44,756 nucleotides of DNA from Chloroflexota bacterium (GTDB lineage Bacteria; Chloroflexota; Dehalococcoidia; UBA2979): contig JAQCIU010000026.1 of the NCBI GenBank assembly GCA_027593235.1, positions 1 to 44,756 on the forward strand, given 5' to 3'. Below the pieces are notes generated by a model. The model saw only the letters and a program-made list of their open reading frames with translations, was not told where the DNA came from and searched no databases. Shown in pieces: positions 28,215-38,493 of this stretch (position 1 is the stretch's first letter; the number at the start of each line of letters is the position of its first letter). Position numbers and translations under genes: made by a program.

Positions 28215-29417
28215 CTAGCCGAAGACCCGCTTCGCCGCCAGCGCCGCGACCTCTTCCGCGCTGAATCCGTAGCCATCGAGGACCTGTCGCGTGTGCTCGC
28301 CGACGGCCGGTGCGGGACCGCGCGCGTGGATGTCCGCGCCGTGGATCTTGAACGGCGCCGCGAGCACTCGGTAGGTCTGCCCGGCGGCGTTGGTGACTTC
28401 CTCGAACGCGCCGCGGTCGCGGAGTTGCGGATCGTTCACCACCTCGAACGGCGTCGCGATCAGCGACCAGATGCAGCCCGCCGCATCGAGGCGTGCGCGC
28501 CACGTCGCGAGGTCGTGCTGGCGGAAGATCGCGTCCACCTCGGCGAGCAGCGCGGGCCCGTTCTCCCGCATCGCCGCCGTCGAGGTGTACCGGGCGTCCT
28601 CGGCGAGGTCGTCGCGCTCGATCGCCGCGCAGAAGCGCGACCAGTACCGCTCCGGCAACGGCATCGTGAGCTGCATCCAGCGGCCGTCGCTCGTCTCGTA
28701 GGTGTTGCGAGTGACGTGCCAGTGCTTCGACCGGTCCTGCCGTTCGAAGTCCCACTCATCGCGGTTCAGCGCCTGCTGCGTATCCGACGCGATCGCCCAG
28801 ACACCTGTCTGCAGCAGCGACACGTCGACGAACTGGCTCTCCCCGTCACGGTCCCGCAGCCGCAGCGCCGCGAGCGTTGCCGCCAGCAGGTTCAGCGCTG
28901 CCATGTGATCGCCCTGTCCCGCGCGCGATTGCACCGGCGGTGATCCCGCCTCGCCGATCAGCCACGTCAGCCCTGATCGCGCGAAGAACGTCGTCCCATC
29001 GAACCCCGGCCGCTCCGAGTCCGGCCCGTCCGATCCGTACCCCGTCAGCAGCGTGAACACGATCCGCGGCGCGGCGGCGCGCACTTCCTCGTACGTCAAT
29101 CCGTAGCGACGCAACCGCCCCGGCGTCAGGTTGGTCACCAGCACGTCCGCTTGCGCGGCCAGCCGCTTCACCACATCGCGCGCGTCGGGGCTCTCGAGGT
29201 CCAACGTCATCGAGCGCTTCCCGCGGTTGTCGACCGCGAACGGGAAGCTGATCGGATCGCCCTCTCGGACGGTGCGATGCCCTCGATAGACGTCACCGTC
29301 CGGCGGCTCGATCTTCACCACGTCGGCGCCCAGGTCGGCCATCAGCGCCGCCGATGCTGGTGCGGCGAGGTAATTCGCCAGCTCGATCACGCGAATGCCC
29401 TCAAGTGGTCCGGCCAT
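28215..29417 (-). CDS. CaiB/BaiF family III CoA-transferase
   Basis: PLEGIRVIEL, DLGADVVKIEPP.GD, NRGKRS, GFD, GEHT. Confidence 0.92.
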   Translation of the reverse strand: MAGPLEGIRVIELANYLAAPASAALMADLGADVVKIEPPDGDVYRGHRTVREGDPISFPFAVDNRGKRSMTLDLESPDARDVVKRLAAQADVLVTNLTPGRLRRYGLTYEEVRAAAPRIVFTLLTGYGSDGPDSERPGFDGTTFFARSGLTWLIGEAGSPPVQSRAGQGDHMAALNLLAATLAALRLRDRDGESQFVDVSLLQTGVWAIASDTQQALNRDEWDFERQDRSKHWHVTRNTYETSDGRWMQLTMPLPERYWSRFCAAIERDDLAEDARYTSTAAMRENGPALLAEVDAIFRQHDLATWRARLDAAGCIWSLIATPFEVVNDPQLRDRGAFEEVTNAAGQTYRVLAAPFKIHGADIHARGPAPAVGEHTRQVLDGYGFSAEEVAALAAKRVFG

Positions 29418-29610
29418 GGATCGCCTTCCCGACGCGGGGCGTGCAGCACGCTCCGACTCGGGGAGGATGCTATCTGCCCGACGCTGTGCGTGACATCCCG
29501 AAACCCACGTCGACCACGGCGTGCCGGGGTCCACGGATTGCATCTGTTGTATCGACACGGCGCCGGCCCGAGGCGTACCGTGCCGTCGTAACCCATGAGG
29601 AGGTGCGTAC

Positions 29611-30795
29611 GTGAGCATCCGCGGGAAAGCCGCGATCGTCGGCTTCTACGAAATTCCGACCCGGAAGGAGTATCCCGGACGGACCACGTTCGGGCTGCTC
29701 GCCGAGGTTGCGCGTGGCGCGATCAGCGACGCCGGCCTCCGTCGCGAGGACATCGACGGGCTGATCACCCCCGAGGCTCTCAATTCGATCACCGTCGCCG
29801 AGGTCCTCGGGCTCAAACCGCGGTACACGCAGTCGATGACGACGCATGGCGCCAGCGGCGCGACCTCCGTCGTGAACGCGGCGCAGGCGGTCGCCAACGG
29901 CCTGGCCGACTACGTGATGTGCATCTTCGGTGCCTCGCAAGGGCGGGGAACCACGCGCGCGCGCGGTCAGGCCGAAGCGCGCGGCATCCTGCCCCCCGCC
30001 AGTCGCACCAGCGAATGGGAGGCGCCCTACGGCCCCGTCATCGCCATGAACGGCTGGTACGGGCTGATGAAGCAGCGCCACATGTACGAGTTCGGCACGA
30101 CCCAGGAACAGTTCGCGAAGGCCGTCGTCGACCAGCGGTTCAACGCGTCGAAGAACCCGAACGCCGTCTGGTACGAGCAGCCCGTGACGATCGAGGACGT
30201 GCTCAACTCACGGTTCACGAACGAGCCATTGCATCTGCTCGAAAGCGTGATGCCGTCGTCCGGCGCGCACGCGATCATCATCGCCTCGGCGGAGCGCGCC
30301 CGCGCGATGCCCAACCCCCCGGTTTACATCCTCGGGATGGGTGGTCCTGCGACCCGCCACGACATCATCTACACGGACGACGACATCACGACCACGCCGG
30401 TCGTCGACTCCGCGCCGACCGCGTTGACGATGGCCCAGGTCAACATCAACGAGATCCAGCTCGCACAGTTCTACGACTGCTACACCATCCTCGAGATGGC
30501 CTGTCTCGAGGACGCGGGCATCGTGAAGAAGGGCGAAATCGGGCCCTTCTACGAGAGCACCGATACCACCTTCAAGGGGCAGTTCCCCATCAACACGGAT
30601 GGTGGCCAGATCGGCGCCGGCCAGTCGGGCAACGGCGGCGGCGGATTCCGCCACGTCGTCGAGGCAACACGTCAGGTCTCGGGACGCGCCGGTGAGCGGC
30701 AGGTAGAGGAGGCCGACCTCTGCCTGGTCAATGGCTGAGGTGGCTCAGGGAGCGTGATGTGCACGCTGGTGCTCGGTTCGAGCGCCACACTCTAA
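29611..30795 (+). CDS. Thiolase-fold (SCP2/Ltp2-like) protein with in-frame UGA at 30736-30738, candidate selenoprotein (394 aa if read through)
   Basis: YDCYT and PINTDGG motifs; after the TGA the frame continues GGSGSVMCTLVLGSSATL-TAA, which supplies the final thiolase beta-strand; DUF35 partner follows. Confidence 0.8.
30751..30767 (+). promoter_or_regulatory. Putative SECIS-like hairpin
   Basis: agcgtg-atgtg-cacgct: 6-bp stem and 5-nt GUG-containing loop, 12-nt spacer after the UGA. Confidence 0.5.
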
Positions 30796-30837
30796 TTCAG
30801 GAATCCAGCCAGCAAGGAACCAACGGACGGCACGCGG

Positions 30838-31263
30838 ATGACCACCGAAACCGAATACAAGAAACCGCTCCCACGTCCGGCTGAGCCGGAGTTGACCGAG
30901 CCGTTCTGGGAGGCGGCGAAACGCGGCGAACTGGTGATCCCTCGCTGCAACTTCTGCGCCGACTTCTTCTGGTATCCACGCGAGGCCTGTCCACAGTGCC
31001 TGCGCGCCGACTGGGATTGGACGCCGGTCAGCGGGAACGCCCGCCTCCACACCTACACGGTGGTCCGCCAGCCAGCGCACCCCGCGTTCGCGGACGACGT
31101 CCCCTACGCCTTCGCGATGATCCAGCTCGACGAGGGCGTGCGCATGATGTCCAACGTCGTGAACTGCGAGATCCCCGATGGCCTCGCGGTCAACATGCCG
31201 CTGAAGGTCGTGTTCGACTCGATCACCGATGACTGGACCTTGATCAAGTTCGAGCCGGCCTGA
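30838..31263 (+). CDS. Zn-ribbon/OB-fold (DUF35) thiolase partner protein
   Basis: PFWEAA, CNFC...CPQC, PYAFAMIQLDEG. Confidence 0.92.
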   Translation: MTTETEYKKPLPRPAEPELTEPFWEAAKRGELVIPRCNFCADFFWYPREACPQCLRADWDWTPVSGNARLHTYTVVRQPAHPAFADDVPYAFAMIQLDEGVRMMSNVVNCEIPDGLAVNMPLKVVFDSITDDWTLIKFEPA

Positions 31264-31312
31264 CCCGATCGAAGTCATCGCCAGCGGCCGCCGTTGGCGG
31301 CGGTCCGCGTCG

Positions 31313-31675
31313 CTACGGGTGGAGGCGGTGCTCGCGCATGAACGCGGCGACGTCGTCGTCGATCGAATGGAGGAAGTCGAAGCCGGCGTCCTTCGCCATC
31401 ATCTCGTCGATCTCCGTGTCGCCGATGTGCAGGTAGTGCTCGAGATCGTCGAATTCCGCCCGCACGACTGAGAGATGCTGCTTCAGCACCGTGAACTGCA
31501 TCGGCACATCGTGCTGCGCCCAGAGCCCCTGCTGGTAGCTGATCGGCCGGTCCGAGCAGGACCCGATCACGAAGCCGAGGCTGCGCGCCTGGCGGACCGC
31601 GGTGAGCGGGATGACCCCCGGCGGGTCACCCACCTCAAGGGTGCCGTCGATGTCGAAGCTGATCAATCGGAGCAC
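31313..31675 (-). CDS. Minimal HAD-superfamily hydrolase
   Basis: FDIDGTL, CSD, K and HIGDT..D motifs; GTG start inferred. Confidence 0.8.
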   Translation of the reverse strand: MLRLISFDIDGTLEVGDPPGVIPLTAVRQARSLGFVIGSCSDRPISYQQGLWAQHDVPMQFTVLKQHLSVVRAEFDDLEHYLHIGDTEIDEMMAKDAGFDFLHSIDDDVAAFMREHRLHP

Positions 31676-31817
31676 AGGTCCCCCGTCTTGCCCGCGAAGG
31701 AGCCAGCTTAGCGGTGCACGGCTGTGATGCCGACGCCCATCGGTGGCAACGCCTTTTGTGACGGCGTACACTAGCACGCAAGTCTGACCATGAAGTCAGC
31801 AGGGACGGGAGCCGAAG

Positions 31818-32468
31818 ATGGCAACCGCAACCAGAACACCCGAATCGCGCCCCCTCGACGTGTGGCGTGACGCCCTCGGTGACCGCCGGCCCTCGGAGCC
31901 GGAGACCTCACCCGAGCACCGCGCCCGTCGCTCCTCTCGGCGTAGCTTCATCACCACCTCGTTCTGGACCGGCCTCGGTGTCACCTTCGCCGGCGCGCTC
32001 GGTGGGGCGGTCGACTACCTCTACCCCAGGAACACGCCTGGATTCGGCGGCCCTGTGGCGGCGGGCAACGTCGCCGACTTCGCCGTCGGCGCTGACCCTC
32101 GAGCGTTCCGGGCCGGCCAGTTCTGGCTCATGAACCTCTCGCCCGAGGAGACGCGACCCGGTGGTTCCGGTGGCGCCGCCGGTCTGCTCGCGCTCTGGCG
32201 GAAGTGCCCGCACCTCGGCTGCGCCGTGCCGTGGAATCCGACATTCAACTTCAAGGGCGACTCGGCAGGCTGGTTCCGCTGCCCGTGCCACATGTCGACC
32301 TACACGAAGGCCGGCATCTGAGTGCACGGTCCCGCACCTCGCTCCATGGACACGATGCTGATCGAAATCGACGAGGTCGGCGACATCACCGTCCAGACCG
32401 GCATCCGCCGCAACGGCGGCGAGGACAACCCCACCCGCGCCGTCACCCACCCGCTCCTACCGACCTAA
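31818..32468 (+). pseudogene. Tat-exported Rieske [2Fe-2S] protein interrupted by in-frame TGA at 32319-32321
   Basis: SRRSFI Tat motif plus TM, CPHLGC, CPCH; frame continues VHGPAPRSMDTM... to TAA at 32468. Confidence 0.7.
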
Positions 32469-32522
32469 CCCCGCACCGGGTACCGTGAGCGCCGCCACGC
32501 GCAACTCACGAGGGGACCCCAC

Positions 32523-34181
32523 ATGCCGAGGATGACCGGCGCCACCGCGCTGATCGAGATGCTCAAAGCCGAGGGCGTTGAGTACGTCTTCGGCAACCCC
32601 GGCACCGCCGAGAGCGCCATCCTCGATGCCCTCGAGGACGCCCCCGAGCTGAAATACATCCTCTCCGTGCAAGAGAGCGCGGTGATGGGCATGGCCGACG
32701 CCTACGCCCGCGTCACCGGCAACGTCGCCTTCGTCAACCTCCACATCGACAGCGGCCTGGCGAACGGCATCGCCTTGCTGACCAACGCCTACGAGGGCGG
32801 CACCCCGCTCGTCCTCACCTCCGCGAACAAGGACGTGCGCAAGCTCGCCGAAGGCCGCGTGAACCTCCACCACATGACCGAGGAGTTCACGAAGTGGAGT
32901 GTGGAGGTCACGCACCCGGAGCAGATCCCCTCCGTCGTCCGCCGCGCCTTCACCATCGCCAAGACCCCGCCGACCGGCCCCGTCTACATCGCCTTCGCCG
33001 CCAACGCCCTCGACGACGAAGGTGAGATGGCGATCGTCCCCTCCGCGCCCGGCTACGCCGAGGCGCGCCCCGATCCCGCTGCCATCTCCGCCGCTGCCGC
33101 GATCCTCGAGGTCGCCGCGAACCCCGTCCTGATCGTCGGCGACCGCGTCGGCCTCGCCGGCGGAGCCTCCGAGGCGGTCCGTCTCGCCGAGTTGACCGGT
33201 GCGCGCGTCTACGCGACCAACCTCGGTCGCGTGAACTTCCCGACCAGCCACCCGCAGTACCTCGGCACTATCAACCCGACGATGCCGGCCGCACGCGCCG
33301 CGCTCGCCGACGCGGACGCAGTCGTCATGGTCGGCACCGCCTTCTCCGGATTCTTCTACTTCGAAGGCGAAGCGCTCCCCAACGCGAAGCTGATCCACAT
33401 CGACTCTGACGCTGACGCGGTCGGCCGCTCCGAACCGACCGACGTCGGCATCGTCGCCGGCCCGAAGGCCGGCATGGCCGACCTCTCAACTGCCCTCGAA
33501 GCTCGTCTCGGCGGCGAAGCGCGCGAGGCGGCGACCATCCGTGCTGCCACGGTCGCTGCCCAGAAGGAGGCGCAGCGCCAAGCGTGGCGCGCCCGCCTCG
33601 AGGCCCGGCGTGACCTCTCGCCAATGTCCACGGAGCGGATGATGACCGAGGTGGCCGCCGCCCTCCCGCAGAACACCCTCTTCGTCGACGACTCGATCAC
33701 CACGCGGGCGTCCGTCTACGGCGCGCTCGACTTCGACGAGCCGAATGACCTCGTCGGCATCTCTGGCGGCGCGCTCGGCTGGGGCATGGGCGCCGCCCTC
33801 GGCGCGAAGCTCGCGAGGCCCGATCAGCCGGTCGTCGCCGTCGTCGGCGACGGCAGCGCGATGATGACCATCCAGGCGCTCTGGACCGCCGCTGCCTCGA
33901 AGATTCCGGTTGTCTGGGTGGTCTGCAACAACGAGAGCTATCGGGTCCTCAAGCTCAACATGAACGTCTGGCAGACCCAGATCGCCCACCGTCCCGAGCC
34001 GCAGACCAACTACCTCGGCATGGACTTCGCCGTCCCCTTCGACATCGCCGCGATCGCCAACGCCTTCGGCGTCCGCGGTCGCCGCATCGAGGACCCCGCC
34101 ACCCTCGGCGCCGCGATCACCGAGGCGATCGCCTCCAACGAGCCGACCGTCCTCGATGTACGCATCGACGGCTCGATTTAG
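32523..34181 (+). CDS. ThDP-dependent enzyme, benzoylformate decarboxylase-like
   Basis: FGNPGTAE, QESAV..MAD, GDGSAMM...NN. Confidence 0.9.
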   Translation: MPRMTGATALIEMLKAEGVEYVFGNPGTAESAILDALEDAPELKYILSVQESAVMGMADAYARVTGNVAFVNLHIDSGLANGIALLTNAYEGGTPLVLTSANKDVRKLAEGRVNLHHMTEEFTKWSVEVTHPEQIPSVVRRAFTIAKTPPTGPVYIAFAANALDDEGEMAIVPSAPGYAEARPDPAAISAAAAILEVAANPVLIVGDRVGLAGGASEAVRLAELTGARVYATNLGRVNFPTSHPQYLGTINPTMPAARAALADADAVVMVGTAFSGFFYFEGEALPNAKLIHIDSDADAVGRSEPTDVGIVAGPKAGMADLSTALEARLGGEAREAATIRAATVAAQKEAQRQAWRARLEARRDLSPMSTERMMTEVAAALPQNTLFVDDSITTRASVYGALDFDEPNDLVGISGGALGWGMGAALGAKLARPDQPVVAVVGDGSAMMTIQALWTAAASKIPVVWVVCNNESYRVLKLNMNVWQTQIAHRPEPQTNYLGMDFAVPFDIAAIANAFGVRGRRIEDPATLGAAITEAIASNEPTVLDVRIDGSI

Positions 34182-34229
34182 CGGCGGACGCCGCTACTAT
34201 CCCGGTCTGGCATGGCGGGAGGATGAGCG

Positions 34230-35159
34230 ATGGCTGAGCACACCCTGGGGTCGGACGCCCCGCACTACGCCTGGGACAACTCGCTCGAGCCGAAGCTCAC
34301 CATCGACCCGGGTGACACCGTCACCATCCACTCGCGCGACGCGGGCGATGGCTTCATCACCTGGGACACCGAACCCGAGGACCTCGCCAACCGCGAGTTC
34401 AAGGGGCACGCCCTCACCGGCCCAATCGCCATCCGCGGTGCCCAACCCGGCGACACGCTCCAGATCGAGGTGCTCTCGCTCCAGCCCGGCGCGCTCGGCT
34501 ACACCACCTTCGCGCCGGGCCGCGGCCTGCTCCCCGACGACTTCGCGCGCGCCTTCCTCCAGAAGTGGGACCTGACGAAGGACCCCACGCCCTTCCGCCC
34601 CGGCATCGCCGTCCCGCTCGAGCCGTTCCTCGGCGTCATGGGCACCGCCCGCGCCGAGGAGGGCATCTTCTCGACCGCGCCTCCGACCGCCAACGGCGGC
34701 AACATGGACGTGAAGCAGCTCGTCGCTGGCAGCACCGTCTACCTGCCGGTCTCGGTCCCCGGCGCGCTTTTCTCCTGCGGCGACGGCCACGCCGCGCAGG
34801 GCGACGGCGAGGTCTGCATCACCGCGATCGAAACCTCGATGACCTCCCAGCTCCGCTTCGGGCTGATCAAGGACTGGTCGGTTCCCGAGCCGCAGTTCAA
34901 GACGCCCGGCCCGCTCACCCCACGTACCAACACCGAGGCCTGGTACGGCACCACCGGCCACTCGCCCGACCTGCTCGAGGCATCGAGGGCTGCCGTCCGC
35001 CACATGATCGACTACCTCGTCCGGGTGCACGAGCTCACCCGCGAGGAGGCCTACGTCCTCTGTTCCGTCGCGGTGGATCTGAAGGTCTCCGAGGTCGTCG
35101 ATGCCCCGAACTGGATCGTCTCGGCGCTGCTCCCGGACTCGATCTTCGTCGACGCCTAA
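34230..35159 (+). CDS. Acetamidase/formamidase family protein
   Basis: HALTGPI, GGNMD, GDGHAAQGDGEV. Confidence 0.92.
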   Translation: MAEHTLGSDAPHYAWDNSLEPKLTIDPGDTVTIHSRDAGDGFITWDTEPEDLANREFKGHALTGPIAIRGAQPGDTLQIEVLSLQPGALGYTTFAPGRGLLPDDFARAFLQKWDLTKDPTPFRPGIAVPLEPFLGVMGTARAEEGIFSTAPPTANGGNMDVKQLVAGSTVYLPVSVPGALFSCGDGHAAQGDGEVCITAIETSMTSQLRFGLIKDWSVPEPQFKTPGPLTPRTNTEAWYGTTGHSPDLLEASRAAVRHMIDYLVRVHELTREEAYVLCSVAVDLKVSEVVDAPNWIVSALLPDSIFVDA

Positions 35160-35162
35160 CCG

Positions 35163-35456
35163 CTAGGTCAGCGCGTTCGATCCGAAGGGCCGCGAGAAGT
35201 CCCGCAGCCGCCGTTCGTTGCGGCTGTACTCCGCCGACATGATCGCGTCGCGGGAATCCGTGCGCGCCAGCTTCACCATCCGCTCGAACTCCGCGAGGTT
35301 CCCGTTCGCCACGAACAACACGCAACGCGCGATCCGCGCGTGCTCGCGCGTTGCGGACGCGAGGCCCTCGAGGGCTGCGATCACCTCGGTCTGTCGATCG
35401 GCCGGCAAGTCCCGCTCGACCCGCGCGAGGATGTCGGCCGGGAGTGTTGCGGTCAT
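35163..35456 (-). CDS. Hypothetical protein (97 aa)
   Basis: MTATLPAD... start overlaps the MFS stop (ATGA); D.RD.I..AE segment. Confidence 0.65.
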   Translation of the reverse strand: MTATLPADILARVERDLPADRQTEVIAALEGLASATREHARIARCVLFVANGNLAEFERMVKLARTDSRDAIMSAEYSRNERRLRDFSRPFGSNALT

Positions 35457-36667
35457 CGTGCCACCGTCGGACGGGCCGGCCGCCGGTCCGTGCGAGCGAC
35501 GCCAACGGCGTAGATCGCAATCCCGACAAACGGAAGGAAACCCATCAGCACGAAGCCGAACGAATACGAAGTCGCGTCGATTATGAACCCCAGGATCACC
35601 CCGCCGATCACTGCACCCACGTCCCACGCCATCGTGTAAGTCGCCATCGCCGCGCCGCGCGCTGCTGACGGCGTGCGATCGACGATCAACGCCATCGTCG
35701 ACACCTGGATCCCGCCGAGCGCCAGCCCGCCGACCCCCGCCGAGATCAGGACCGTCGTCTGCGACTGGGCACTCGCCAGCAGGAACAGCGACAGCCCGGC
35801 GAGCGCGAGCCCCGGCAGGACCACCGTCGTCCGCCCCAGCCGGTCTGCGAGCGTTCCGCTCAGGAATCGCGATCCCAGCAGGAACGCCCCCCATACCGTG
35901 TAGTACAGCCCGGGATTCCCCAGGTCGCGCTCTTCGGAGAACAGCGGCAGGAACGCGCCAACCGCTCCGACCGTCGTCGTCACCGTGCAGAACACGATCG
36001 CCGGGATCAGCGCGTGCTTCGATACCCATTCCCGCTGTCGCCACGCGATCGGTGGCCCGGGGACCGGTGGCTCCAGGTCGCGCACCATCGCGCCGACCAC
36101 GAACCCCAGCCCCGCCGCCGCCGCGCCCACGAAGAACGCCATCTCGAACGAAGCCTGCCTCGCAATCCAGACCGACAACGGCGCGGCGTAGAGCTGCGCG
36201 ATCGCGTTTCCGCTCTGGTACAGCCCGATCCCGACGCCCCGCCGCTCAATGGGGATCAGGCTCGCCACCATCGCCAGCAACGCCGTCGTGAACATCCCCA
36301 TCGCGATCCCGTGGATCGCCCGAAAGATCAGCATGATCCACGGATCGAGGCTCAGCCCGTAGCCGACGAACGCCACCGCCGTCGCCGCGCCACCGATCTT
36401 CAGCCACTTCTCGCGCGCGCTGCTGTCCACCCACACGCCGATCAGCGGCCGCGTGAACATCCCCGCGAATCCGAGGGCGCCAACGACAATCCCCACCACC
36501 CAGTCCGCCTCGTTCGACAGCGAACTCGGCACGTTCACGACCGAGATCCCGTACGAGACGAAGTACAGGTGGATCGCCAGCGTTGCGAGGGCAAACTGCA
36601 TGCTGCGCAAGCTCGGCCCGCCCGGCTGGCGCCCGGCCGTCGCGATCTGCAGCGGAGAGTGCGTCAT
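35453..36667 (-). CDS. MFS transporter
   Basis: RPLIGVWVD, GTLADRLGR, about 12 TM segments; start MTHSP inferred. Confidence 0.88.
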   Translation of the reverse strand: MTHSPLQIATAGRQPGGPSLRSMQFALATLAIHLYFVSYGISVVNVPSSLSNEADWVVGIVVGALGFAGMFTRPLIGVWVDSSAREKWLKIGGAATAVAFVGYGLSLDPWIMLIFRAIHGIAMGMFTTALLAMVASLIPIERRGVGIGLYQSGNAIAQLYAAPLSVWIARQASFEMAFFVGAAAAGLGFVVGAMVRDLEPPVPGPPIAWRQREWVSKHALIPAIVFCTVTTTVGAVGAFLPLFSEERDLGNPGLYYTVWGAFLLGSRFLSGTLADRLGRTTVVLPGLALAGLSLFLLASAQSQTTVLISAGVGGLALGGIQVSTMALIVDRTPSAARGAAMATYTMAWDVGAVIGGVILGFIIDATSYSFGFVLMGFLPFVGIAIYAVGVARTDRRPARPTVAR

Positions 36668-36825
36668 CTGCCAGCCTGTCGGGTTGTCCGAGGACAGCGT
36701 AGCGACGGAGCGTACGCCCCCGTCGACCCGCGCGCACCGTCCGTCCGATCCGTCAGCCGCCGTGCTCACCCGCGAGGGTGCGCGTCACCACTGCGCACCG
36801 CGATCGCGCACCGCGGCGCCGCGTC

Positions 36826-38487
36826 CTAGGCGACGTACGCGCGCCACCACGTCTCCAGGCCGACCACTCGCCAGAGCGGACTGGCCAGGTACGGCAGGTG
36901 CGCGATGTCCGTGCGCACCGCCTCGGCGAGCCGGTCGTAGTCCGCGAGGACTGCATCTCGATCGAGCAGTCCGGCCGCTGCCAGGTGCGACGTTTCCAGT
37001 TGTTCCCGCACCCACGGGTGCTGCAAATGCTGCGCATAGCGGTAGTCGAAGTGCACCTTCCCGCGGCGCGCCAGCAGCTCCGAGGGCAGTCGAGACCCAA
37101 ACGCCTCGCGCTGCAGCCAGCGCGCGTCGTCACCCCGGTGGCGCATCGAATCCGGGATCCCCAGCGCCAGCTCGATCAGCCCGACGTCGAAGAACGGCAT
37201 CCTGAACTCGACGTCCGACACGCGCGAACGACTCGCATCGATCGATCGCCCCACCGCGAGCTTCGCCGAGGTGAAGTACTCCGCTCGTTCGCGCCCCGTG
37301 GCGTGGATCCCCGGCAGGCTGCGCGGCGGCACAAGCCGCGTGCCGAGCAACCGCCGCGCGGCCGCCGGAACGTACGCAGGTACCCGGCGTCGAGCGCGAA
37401 TCCCTCGCGTACCGACAGGATCGAGGTCGCTCAGACGCCCGCGCAGCTCGCGTCGGATCCCCCGTCCCCCCTGCAGCCCCCACCAGCGACCGATCGTCCG
37501 CCAGCGTCGCTGCAGCACCAGCTCCTCGATCCCCCAGCGGATCGGCGCGAACAGCTCGTCGCCCCCCACGCCATCAATCGCGATGTGAATGCCCTCGCGG
37601 CCAAGCGCTCGGTACAGCTCGTCGGTCTCCGGCGCCGCGACGTGCACCGGCATCGCCGCCGAGGTGATACGGGCGACATAAGCGTCAACGTCGAACGGCT
37701 GCGGTTCCACCACCAGCGGTTTCAGCCCGGTGAAACGGAGCACCGCCTCCTGGTACGCCGTCTCGTCCGAGGGCAACCTCGGGTACCGCAGCGAAGCGGC
37801 CACCGCCGGTTGTGGGAGCGTCTCATCCGCCGTGATCCAGCCCGCCAGCGTCGAGGAGTCCAGCCCGCCACTGAGCAGCAGCGCGTACGGCTCCGCCGGG
37901 AGATGCCGTCGCAGCGCGCCCGACAGTTCGGGCCGCAGCCGGCCGAGCCACGTCTCCGCGTCCGCGCGATTATCGAGCTGCGCCACCGGCTGCCAGTAGC
38001 GCCGCAACTGCGCGCCGCCCGCGTCCACCACCAGCCGGTGACCGGCCGGTACCGTCCGGACCCCCTCGAACAGCGTCTCCAGCGGATCGCTGAACGACCA
38101 CGCGATCCACTCCAGCACCCGCGGGAGATGCGGCGCCGCCGGCGTCCCCAGCTCCGCGAGGAGGAGCCGCAGATCGGATGCCACAATCGTCTCGTTGGCC
38201 TGTCGCGCCCAGTAGAGCGGCACATCGCCGAGCTGGTCGACCGCCGCTTCCAGACGACTGCCGTCGGTGCTGCGGCGCACCACCGCCCAGGCGCCCGTCG
38301 CCTCTCGGAGCGCCGACGGCGTCAGCGCGCGTGGATCGCCCGCCGACGCCCAGCCGAGCATCGCACTATCGAGGTCCGTCGCTCCGCTGCCGCCGACCAG
38401 CCGCACCGACGCCCGCCCCGCGGCGAACCGTCCGAGAATCTCCACGCCACGCTCGCGGCCGGGAACGGGTGGCGCTCCGGCCGTCAT
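36826..38487 (-). CDS. Lasso peptide cyclase (asparagine synthetase-like C protein)
   Basis: LLSGGLDSS PP-loop, DGVGGDELF, RMPFFD; no N-terminal Ntn Cys; clustered with RRE and B2 genes. Confidence 0.85.
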   Translation of the reverse strand: MTAGAPPVPGRERGVEILGRFAAGRASVRLVGGSGATDLDSAMLGWASAGDPRALTPSALREATGAWAVVRRSTDGSRLEAAVDQLGDVPLYWARQANETIVASDLRLLLAELGTPAAPHLPRVLEWIAWSFSDPLETLFEGVRTVPAGHRLVVDAGGAQLRRYWQPVAQLDNRADAETWLGRLRPELSGALRRHLPAEPYALLLSGGLDSSTLAGWITADETLPQPAVAASLRYPRLPSDETAYQEAVLRFTGLKPLVVEPQPFDVDAYVARITSAAMPVHVAAPETDELYRALGREGIHIAIDGVGGDELFAPIRWGIEELVLQRRWRTIGRWWGLQGGRGIRRELRGRLSDLDPVGTRGIRARRRVPAYVPAAARRLLGTRLVPPRSLPGIHATGRERAEYFTSAKLAVGRSIDASRSRVSDVEFRMPFFDVGLIELALGIPDSMRHRGDDARWLQREAFGSRLPSELLARRGKVHFDYRYAQHLQHPWVREQLETSHLAAAGLLDRDAVLADYDRLAEAVRTDIAHLPYLASPLWRVVGLETWWRAYVA

Positions 38488-38493
38488 CGCGGA

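Noticed and set aside
31757-31799. CRP/FNR-like sites upstream of the Rieske gene (TGTGA-N6-ACAC; CTGAC-N6-GTCAG)
   Set aside because: Short, imperfect matches that could arise by chance
36826-38487. Ordinary asparagine synthetase AsnB
   Set aside because: It lacks the N-terminal catalytic Cys and sits with RRE, B2 peptidase and precursor genes
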